64,000 nt of DNA from the human T2T-CHM13v2.0 reference genome, Homo sapiens. The translations under genes and the position numbers were made by a program. Shown in pieces: positions 52,512 through 64,000 of this stretch. Position 1 is the stretch's first letter. Each line of letters begins with the position of its first letter. The stretch is taken from the NCBI RefSeq assembly GCF_009914755.1, contig NC_060927.1; one strand, 5' to 3'. The notes under the pieces were generated by a model that did not search any database, was not told where the DNA came from, and saw only the letters and a program-made list of their open reading frames with translations.

Positions 52512-52757
52512 TTTTTTTTTTTTTTTTTTTGAGACGGAGTCTTGCTCTGTCGCCCAGGCTGGAGTGCAGTGACACGATCCTGCCTCAGCCTCCCGAGTAG
52601 CTGGGACTACAAGGGCCCGCCACCACACCCGGCTAATTTTTGGTATTTTTAGTAGAGACGGGGTTTCACCGTGGTCTCAATCTCCTGACCTTGTGATCTG
52701 CCCGCCTCGGCCTCCCAAAGTGCTGGGATTACAGGTGTGAGCCACTGTGCCCGGCCG
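52512..52757 (-). mobile_element. AluY (Yd-like) with two internal deletions
   Basis: Sense gagattgagaccacggtgaaacccc shows a 12-bp deletion; a further deletion of about 40 bp lies in the right arm. Confidence 0.8.
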
Positions 52758-52936
52758 CGGAAAATATTTATAACATATATTAACAAGGGATTTGTACCCA
52801 AGATTTATAAACAGCTCCTACTAAGGAAAAATAAAAATATAAACAACCCAATTAAAAATGGGCAAAAGACTTGAAGAGACATTTAAACAAAGATATACAA
52901 CTAGCCATTAACACATGAATATGATGCTCAGTGTCT

Positions 52937-53365
52937 GTGATGATTAATTTTATGTATCAAGTTGACTAAGTAAGCTATGGTGCCCAGATGTTTGGTCAAA
53001 CATCAGTCTAGATGGTGGTTTTTAGATGTGACTAACATTTAAATCAGTAGGCTTTGAGTAAAGCAGATTACCCTCTATAATATGGATGGGCCTTAGCCAA
53101 TCAGTTAAAGGCCTTAAGAGAGAAAAGACTGACGTCCCCTGAAGAAGAAAGAACTGTCTCCAGACTGCCTTGGGACTTGAGCTGCAACAACTCTTCCCTG
53201 GGCCTGCAGCCTGCTGGCCTGCCCTGCAGAATTTGGACTTGCCAGCCACCAGCCCACACAAGCATGTAACCAATTCCTTAAAATAAAATCAATGTGTATC
53301 ATTCTCTCTCTTTCTATCCCCATCTATGGGTTCTGTTTCTGTGGAGAACCATGCATGATAATACA
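52937..53365 (+). mobile_element. MLT2 (ERVL) solo LTR
   Basis: tgtgatgattaattttatgtatcaagttgact ... tctgtttctgtggagaacc...taataca. Confidence 0.85.
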
Positions 53366-53522
53366 GCATCTTTAGTCATGGGAGATATGCAAATTAAAAC
53401 AAGATACATCTCATACATTCTTAAATCCCTAAAACAAAGACTAACAACCCCAAATATTGGTGAATTTGTGTGGCAACTGGAACTCTCAAACATTATTTAT
53501 GGGAGTTAAAATGGTATACTCA

Positions 53523-53861
<339 letters not shown>

Positions 53862-54058
53862 CTATTTGGTAGTTTCTTAAAATGGTAAACATACATTTAG
53901 CCTATGATCCAGCAGTTCTAGTCTTTATTTACCCAAGAGTAATAAAAACATGTTCACAATAAACTTTCAGAAGAATGTATATAGCAGCCTTATTCTAATA
54001 GTGAAAAACTGGAAACAACCCAAATGTCTGTCAATAGGTGAATAAAGAAATTATGCAT

Positions 54059-54357
<299 letters not shown>

Positions 54358-56249
54358 TTATGCTATATTCATATAATGAAGTATTACACAGCAATAAAAT
54401 TACCAATACACACTCAGTGTGGGAACTTTCTGGGATGATTGAAATGTTCTATAGTTTCTTGTTTGTGTGGTGACTACACAGGTAAACACAACTGTCAAAA
54501 CTTACCAAACTGAACACCAAAGATACATATGTTAATTATATCATTATAATTCACATGCAATAATTTATATTATGCCTCACCATGAACATTTTCTAAGGAT
54601 TAAATGAGTTTAAATATATTCTTATAGATTTAAAAGGCTATGATAGTAAGTATTGGAACTTGAAATCTCACAACTTATTCACAGATGGAGCCTCCACCTG
54701 GAGAGTAATAATTTTAATACACTGATGGCAGAAAGCAAAATGAATTGTACAATTCCTTTGGAAAAGAATGGCAGTTTTTCAAAAGATTATATACCTGCAA
54801 TACAATCCAATATTCAACTCCTAGGCATTTACCCAAAAGAAATGAAAACATGTTTAGAAAAAGACTTGCACGTGAATGTTCATAGCAAATTTATTTGTTA
54901 TAGCCAGAAAATGGAACCAATCCAAATGTCTGTCATTTGTTGTAGACCCTCTCACTGTATGGGAGCGGCTACTAAAGAAAGCTAGAACTTTGGATGATGA
55001 TTCGCCAGGTCAGTAAAATAGGATGATATTTGGAAAGAGAAAGGCAGAAGTTGCAAGGCCAGACAGGGAACATGTTGAGTTGCAAAAGAGGCACAGCAGT
55101 AACTAGATACATGAGGTGACAGGGAGAAGTCAAGACACCAAGCTTATACCCCTGCAGCTGGGATTCCTTAAATCCTTTACCTGCCCCAAAGCCCAGGCCA
55201 TAGCTCCGTTTTTGCCTTGCCCATCACCATTTCCATTCTGCCAAGTCCAGCTTCCGTTGCTTATGGGGTTACAGAGAATCTCCTCTGAGAGGCAGACGGT
55301 CCTGCTGCATTTGTGCCAGAGACTCAGGTTGACTTGATGACTCAGGGAGAAGCAAGGGCAAAGGGAAAACTGATGCCAAGCCACCATCTGCACAGGGTGT
55401 GAGGGGAAAAGTGGACTGGTCCAGCTGGATTGGTGCAGAATGGAGAAGGTTGGTAAGGATTGAGAGTCTCAGAGCAACTGGGAAGATGGTTTGCATTCTA
55501 GGACCCTACACCGCAGATTAAGAAGGATCTAGGCTCTGGAGAAAATAGAGGCTATGATCAACTGAGTAGCGAGAAAAGTTATGGCTATGCATGGGAGAAT
55601 TTGGGGAAACAATGATTAAAAATACAAAGTTCAGGGTCTCATCCTGTAGCTAAAGAACCTAGTCAGCTGTCCCTCAACAGCTCCAGGGACCAGGCTTGTC
55701 TTAGCCATTGCCACTTTCTAAGACAACATTCAAATTGATGATACTAAATGGTCCCTTCTACCCCAGCTTCTAGGACCATATATGCCTAAGTCATATTAAA
55801 CCTAGAGCTGCCATTAGCCTAAGAATGACTGTGGGGCCAATGGGGAGGATTCCTAACGTCAAACCTGGACAGATGCCTTCTGTCTGCTCTTTCTCCTCCC
55901 TGAAAGACTCCATGCATGATCTGGGAGAAGCCATAGGTTGGTGAGAGTAGGTGTCAGTTGAAAGATAGTTTCTATAGTAGAGTTTATTGCTTTCTGGGGG
56001 AGAGAGCAGGCCCAGGAGTGGGGAAAGGGCCACAGAAACAGGCGCCTGGAAACTCAGACATGTGTCTTCCTTCCCAATGTGACTGTCTGGCCCTGGTTGT
56101 CTTGAGCCATCCAGCCAGATATGACTGTATGTTGTGCTGTTTTGTGTCAAACATCAGAACACCTCTGACCTTTACAAAGTGGGAGGGAATCCCTTGTGGG
56201 CTGCAGGACTCCTAACAATTAAAAAAAAAAAAATCCCACTAATACCTAG

Positions 56250-56405
56250 AACTGCGCTAACACAGTAGCTACGACCCATTTGTGGCTATTTAAATTTAAA
56301 TAATTAAGTAGAAGGAAAAATTCAGTTCCTTGGTTGCTCTAGCCACATTTCAAGTGCTTAATAGCCATAGGTGGCTAGGGCAGAATGTTCTATTGGACAA
56401 CACTT
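56250..56405. mobile_element. MER3-like hAT MITE
   Basis: tgtggctatttaaattt...ctagccacatttcaagtgcttaatagcc...ttctattggacaacact. Confidence 0.7.
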
Positions 56406-56844
56406 GGACTTGATGTTTGGAAGTCCCAGACAGTAAATTTCAACATATTTTTTGGACGCTGGTATAGATTTTTCAACCTTTTGGCAAAGTAAGTACAATA
56501 AACTACCACCTGTCAAAATCATTATTTCATAAAATAAAGTATATTTTAACTTCAAAGAAACAAGAAAGATATAATCTCAGAATAAAGGACTCGTTCAGAA
56601 GAGAGGATAATTTGACACCTTTACACTGACCCTTTTGACCCCAGACAAGCCCTGGAGTCTGTATTGGCATTTATGTGCCATTGCCATACCCTAGGATTCT
56701 GGCCTCTTTAGTACTGGACATCGGTTGCCCTTGTGCCCTATCCTTGAAAAGGACATCAGGAAGGCCCTAGCAGGATCTTCGTGGCCTTTGGGAGTGAGGT
56801 GTCCTTCTCAGTGCATATCAGTAGGTCATGATGTCAGTATGACA

Positions 56845-57523
<679 letters not shown>

Positions 57524-57651
57524 CACTAGTTTTTCTTTTGTAATTAGTGTCTTGTGGGGAGATACTTTGAGACTGTGAAAATACTCTGGTTTTGAGCATA
57601 ATTTTGGCCACTAATTTTGGCATCCTTTGATGAGTCTTTCCAACAGCACTT

Positions 57652-58120
57652 GTGTATTAGTTTCCTATGGCCGCTATAAAAAATTATCACAAACTTGGTG
57701 GCTTAGAACAACAGAAATTTATTCTCTCAGAATTCTGGATGCCAGAAGTTTCAAATCAGCTACTCTGCTCAAATCAAGATGTTGGCAGGGCCATGTTCTC
57801 TCCAAAGGCTTTAGGGGAGAATCCATTGCTTGTCTCTTCCAGCTTCTGGTGCAGCCAGTATTCCTCAGCTTATAGCCACATCACTCCAGTCTCTGCCTCC
57901 ATCTTCACATTTCCTATTGTGCCTAATCTCCCTCTATCTGTCGTTTATAAGGAAAGGTGTGAGTGTAATGGCATTTAGGACCCACTTATATAATCCAGGA
58001 TAATCCACTTATCTCAAGATTGTTAATTTAATCACTTTTGCAAAAACTACCACGTAAGTTACCATTCACAAGTTCCAGGATCAAGACCCGTTGTCTTTAG
58101 GGACCATCATTCAGCCCGCT
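57652..58120 (-). mobile_element. MLT1 (MaLR) LTR
   Basis: tgtattagtttcctatggccgctata...ggcttagaacaacagaaatttattctctcag. Confidence 0.8.
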
Positions 58121-58327
58121 AAATTTTTTTACTGTGGAATTTGCCAAATACTGTTTCTATTTCCATAATTCCTCCTAACTTTATTAAAATTCTACTATAA
58201 GGAAGACCTAGCCCTTCTCATGTGTTCAAAATATATATATATTGTTTATATCAATAAGAATTTTATGAGTTGTTATCTACTATCATTAATTCCTTGTTCA
58301 AATTGCCCCAGATTTGGCCATTGGTAA

Positions 58328-58667
<340 letters not shown>

Positions 58668-59354
58668 TTCATCATTTTTTAAACACCTCCTAATTTTTTG
58701 GCACAAGAGGTTCCAGGATCAGTTTTTACTATCTCCACTTTAGCCCTCAGAATCAACTATTTCTCCAAGGAACCCTAGTTTCTTTTTGGAGAATGATCTT
58801 TAGAAACTCTCTAAGCAATGCCGCCACCATCAGTGTTATAAACACTGGGAGCTCATATCTCTCCTATCCAATTCCAACCCCAACCTAGGACCTTGCTACT
58901 ACCTTTAATTCCCAAAGACTAGCTAAATCTTGACTGTCACATTTGATAAGGTTTTACCAGTTTGAGGGCCACAAAAAAAGGGAAATACTGTACACTAACA
59001 TGGCCCAGTTCTCATGGGATTTCCTAAAGTTGCCTCCCTGCCTAGCCTTTGGCTTGCCTGCCTCATGCTTAGCAAAGAGCATCTTTCCTCTTAAAAGTGA
59101 GAGTCTCCTAGGTTGTAGGGCAGTGGTTCACACTCTTGGCTGCAATTTGAAATCACTGGGAGCTTTCAGAACTACTGGTTCCACCACCAGAGTTTCCAAT
59201 TTAATTAATGTAGGTGTGGTTTGGGTATTAGTGGCTCTGTTTCTCACACCTAGCTATACATAAGAATCACATAAGGAGTTTTATAAAAAAGAACTGGATG
59301 TCCAACTATTAGGTTAAAGGTTGAAAAGAAAGTTTATAATGAGCAGTTCAAGCT

Positions 59355-61135
59355 TGTCTTAATCCATTTTTTGTTACTTAGAATACCTGAAACTGGGTAA
59401 TTTATTTTAAAAGAGGAATTTATTTATTTTTGAGACAGGGTTTTGCTCTGTTGCCCAGGCTGGAGTTCAGTGGTGCAAACATGGCTCACTACAGCCTTGA
59501 CCTCCTGGACTCAAGTGATCCTCCACTTCAGCCTCCCAAGCAGCTGGGACCACAGGCACACATCACTGTGCCTAGCTAATGCTTTCATTTTTGTAGAGAT
59601 AGGGTCTCGTCATGTTGCCCAGGCTGGTCTCAAAACTCCTGGCTCAAGCAATTCTCCTGTCTCAGCCCCACAAAATGTTAGTATTGCAGGTGTGAGCCAC
59701 CACACCTGGTCTGAGGGATTTACTTCTTAACAGTTTTGGATGCTAAGAAGTCCAAGGTAGAGGGGCCACATCTGGTGAGGGTCTTCTTGCTGGTGGAGAC
59801 TCTCTGGAGTCCTGATGCAGTGTATCATATGGTGAGGGGACTGATTATGCTAGTTCAGGTCTCTCTTCCTCTTCTTATGAAGCCACTAGCCCCACTCCCA
59901 TGAGAGCCCACTAATCCATGAACCTATTTACCCATTAATGCATGAATGAATTAATCAATTCATGAGGGCAGAGCCCTCATGACCTAATAACCTCTTAAAG
60001 GCTACATTGGGGATTAAATTTCAACATGATTTTGGAGGGTACAAATATTCAAACCATAGCATTTCATCCTTGGCCTCCCCAAACTCACGTCTTTCTCACG
60101 TACAACCCTGTAACTCCAAAAGTCTTAACAACCAGCATCAACTCAAAAGTCCAAAGTCCAGAGTCTCATCTATGAGCCTATAAAATCAAAACAAGTTATT
60201 TACTTTCAAGATACATTGGTGGTACAGGAAAAAGACAGATTCCCATTCTAAAAGTGAGAAATAGGCAAAAAGAAAGGAGTAACAGGCCCTAAGGAAGTCT
60301 GAAACCCAGGAGGGTAGACATTATTATTTTTTTTTTGAGGCGGAGTCTCACTGTATTGCCCAGGCTGGAATGCAGTGGTGTGATCTCAACTCACTGCAAC
60401 ATCCGCTTCTAGGGTTCAAGTGATTCTGCCGCTGCTGCCTCAGCCTCCGGAGTAGCTGGAACTACAGGCATGCACCAGCAATACCCAGCTAATTTTTGTA
60501 TTTTTAGTAGAGATAGGGTTTCACCATGTTGGGCAGGCTGGTCTCTAACTCCTGACCTCAAGTGATCCTCCTACCTCGGCCTCCTAAAGTGCTGGGATTA
60601 CAGGCATGAGACACTGCACCTGGCCAAATCTTAAAGCTGGAGAATAATCCCTTTTGCCTCCATGTGCTTCCTCCTGGACACACTGGGGCGGGGATTGGGC
60701 CGCCAAAGCCTCAGGCAAGCCCACCCCTATGGCATTGCTGGGTGCAGCCCACATGGCTACTCCTACAGGATGGAGTCTGGTGCCTGCAGCTTTCCCCAGC
60801 AGGTGCTGCATACTGCCTGTGATTCTGTAGCTCTTGGTGATGGTTCTGTTCCCATGGCTCCACTATGCATGGCCCTAGTGAGGACTCTCAGTAGTGGCCT
60901 TGCTTCCACAGCTCCACGATGCATTGCCCTGGTTGGGACTTTCTGCAGTAGCTCCAGCTCCACATCTCTGCTCGGTGTTGCTCTACTGGGGGCACTCTCT
61001 TTGGGGGCGGCTCCACCCCTGCAACAAGTCTCTGCCTGGGCAGCCATCCTTTGAAATTTTGGTGGAGGCTGGCAAACATCACATTTTTTTTTTTTTTTTT
61101 TCCTGCAAGCCTGCAGAATTAGCAGGTGGACATCA
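59355..61135 (-). mobile_element. MST-type MaLR LTR plus internal region, with Alus at 59420-59712 and 60325-60626
   Basis: LTR motifs gaagtccaagg..., gagggcagagccctcatgacctaa, tcaaaccatagca; internal motifs aaagtccaaagtccagagtctcatct and ctccactatgcatggccctagtgaggactct. Confidence 0.8.
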
Positions 61136-61516
61136 CCAAAATTTACTATTTTTACTCTGGAGCTTCAAATACATGTTCAACATTGCTTAGAAGCAGCATG
61201 AGGAAACAGGCCTCGTCTTTCTTCTTTGAGCCTCTCTTCTCTTGACTCCAAACTCACCACTCTTAGCAAAATAGATCTTGCAGTTAACAGAACCCACTGT
61301 TCTTAGGAAGCAGTTTCCCTAAGGATGGTAAGCACATCTCAGGTGCCACCATGTCTTGGTCTTTGTCTTTCATAACAAGATGTGCTTCCTGGCTGATAGC
61401 TTTTATGTTTACATTGCTAGAAATATCACCTGCAGTAAAGCCTTCACCAATATGATGTGTTTCAAGATTTAAGAACTTTTAAACGTTTTTCATATTCCTT
61501 GTTTACATTTTTCATC

Positions 61517-61811
61517 TTTTTTTTTTTTTTTGAGACAGTCTTACCCTGTCATCCAGGCTGGAGTGCAGTGGTGTGATCTTGGCTCACTGCAACCCCTGCC
61601 TCCTGGGTTCAAGTGATTCTCTTGCCTCAGCCTCTTGAATAGCTGGAATTACGGGGAAGAGCCACTGTGCCCAGCTGATTTTTGTATTTTCAGTAGAGAT
61701 GGAGTTTCAACATGTTGGCTAGGCTGGTCTCAAACTCCTGGCCCCAAGCTATTGCCCCACCTCATCCTCCCAAAGTGCTGGGATTATAGGTGTGAGCCAC
61801 TGCACCTGGCC
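61517..61811 (-). mobile_element. AluS
   Basis: Antisense Alu. Confidence 0.87.
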
Positions 61812-61884
61812 CATTTCATTTTTTATTATAGTTCTAATAGAGTAGTCTTCCATGGTTTTTCTTCTGTGGTTTATACCCAAGTTA

Positions 61885-62203
61885 CAGTACAACAAGATAT
61901 TTTGAGAGAGTGAGCAAAACCACATTCACATAACTTTTATTATAGTATATTGTTATAATTGTTCTATTTTATTGTTGTTAGCAAGCGAAACCATTCACAT
62001 AACTTTTATTATAGTATATTGTTATAATTGTTCTACTGTATTATTATTGTTAATCTCTACTGTGCCTAATTTATAAACTTTACCATAGGTATGTACATAT
62101 AGGAAAAAACATACTACATATAAAGTTTAGTATTACCTGTGGTTTCAGGCATCCACTGGAGGTCTTGGAATGTATTCCCCATGGATAAGGGAGGACTACT
62201 ATA
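61885..62203. mobile_element. Tigger-family DNA transposon end with an internal tandem duplication
   Basis: ...ggtttcaggcatccactggaggtcttggaatgtattccccatggataagggaggactact terminus; 70-bp period repeat at 61912-62050. Confidence 0.75.
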
Positions 62204-62779
62204 GTCTTTATCAGTGGTTCTCAAACGTGAGTGAATATCAGAACCACCTGGCTGGCATGTTACAGTGATTACTGGGCCTTACATACAGTTTCTGATTCAG
62301 CAGGCAAGGACCAAGATTTTAATTTTTAGGTTTCTAAGGGGTTCTGATGCTGATGGTACAGGGTCTACACATGAGACCTACTCATCTATAAAAAGAAAAT
62401 TACAGACAACACTCTCATTCATTTTAACTATGTTTATTGTGCACTTAGTAGGCCAGATACTCTTCTGATATTTGAGAATACAGTGGTGAATAACACAAAC
62501 TCCATGCTTTCAAGATTCCCACACCCAGATACTAAGACATATTAAAATTTACAGCAATTAAAACAGTGTAGTTTGGTACAATAACACATATAGCAATGAT
62601 ACAAATTAGGGGAAAAAACCCTGGCTTCTATAACAAGTGAGTATACATTAAAGACAGTATTGCAGAATGGCTTCAGGATTAATTTGATTAATTTAGAGAG
62701 AGCCTATTTCAGGTCTTCCTAGCTCATCCACACACATCACCTTTCAGTGTTCTTTATAGGTACTTAAAACTTAAAAAAA

Positions 62780-63163
<384 letters not shown>

Positions 63164-63446
63164 TTAACAAGCCCCCAGTTTGGGCTGACTTTTACTAATG
63201 AGGAAAATTGTTAGGATTAAGCAGGGTCTTGAGGAATCACCTCTAAAGGCTCAGACTTTAAAGTGCTTCCCCTCCCTTCCCTACCCCAACATTTGGAGAA
63301 ATCTCTCACTAGATGGCCTTTCAAATAAATGAGAAACACATGGTTCTAGGACAATTGATTATTTGAGAAAAAAGTATACTCAAATAAATTCCAGATAGAA
63401 TAAAGGTTAATGTGAATAAACAAAAACAAAGAGAATATGGGTAATT

Positions 63447-63763
63447 CTTTTTTTAAAATTTATTTCTATTTTTTATTTTTTTTGAGACAGTTCTTACTCT
63501 GTTGCCCAGGCTGGAGTGCAGTGGTGCAATCATAGCTCACTGCAGCGTTGAACTCCTGGGCCCAAGCCATCCTCCTGCTTAGCCTCCTGAGCAGCTGGGA
63601 CTACAGGTGTGTGTCGCTACACCTGGCTATTTTTTATTTTTTGTAGAGATAGGGGTATTGCTTTGTCGCCCAGGCTGGGCTCAGATTCCTGGCTTCAAGC
63701 AATTCTCCCACCTTGGCTTCCCAAAGTGTTGGGATTACAAGCATGAGCCATTGTGTCTGGCCT
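63447..63763 (-). mobile_element. AluJ
   Basis: TSD tgggt(a/g)attcttt. Confidence 0.87.
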
Positions 63764-64000
63764 GGGTGATTCTTTATCTGACATAGAGGTTGGGAAACAG
63801 AACAACAAAAAAAAATTGATAAATTACATAACTTACAAATTAGTAAGAAAGATATGACCATACTAATGGAAAAAAGTTAATTCAAAAACTTTTGACCTTA
63901 AACTAACTTTTTGGATATTAGGCTTCCTGAAGTTCAAGAGTGACATATTAGGCTTATATTAGGCTTATTTGTAATGTTTGAATTATACAGGAAACATTGT

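Noticed and set aside
60662-61190. Overlapping 94-130 aa ORFs on both strands
   Set aside because: Lie in the GC-rich MaLR internal sequence.

Overview
Primate, almost certainly human, genomic DNA: it carries AluYb8- and AluYa5-diagnostic elements. The genes match the ZNF502/ZNF501 locus, which I recall as 3p21.31. There are two + strand, KRAB-less C2H2 zinc-finger genes, each with its own CpG-island promoter: ZNF502 (544 aa, 14 fingers, two coding exons) and ZNF501 (271 aa, 9 fingers). A full-length SOCS5 processed pseudogene with an 18-bp TSD lies on the - strand, head-to-head with the ZNF502 promoter. The rest is dense in transposons: nested LTRs at 1-3.7 kb, an old L1PB with a younger 5'-inverted L1PA inserted into it, more than 30 Alus, MLT/MST LTRs and hAT/Tigger fossils. 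I cannot support a wholly new biological system. The strongest leads are (1) an L1-in-L1 insertion whose 5' truncation point is almost exactly in register with its target site, (2) decayed KRAB-B and ZKSCAN-linker exons reused as 5' exons, (3) a possible three-exon uORF in ZNF501, (4) a palindrome-perfecting mutation in the SOCS5 retrocopy, and (5) a TSD-flanked Alu-L1 chimera. Repeat subfamily names come from remembered consensus sequences, and repeat boundaries are approximate unless a TSD is given.
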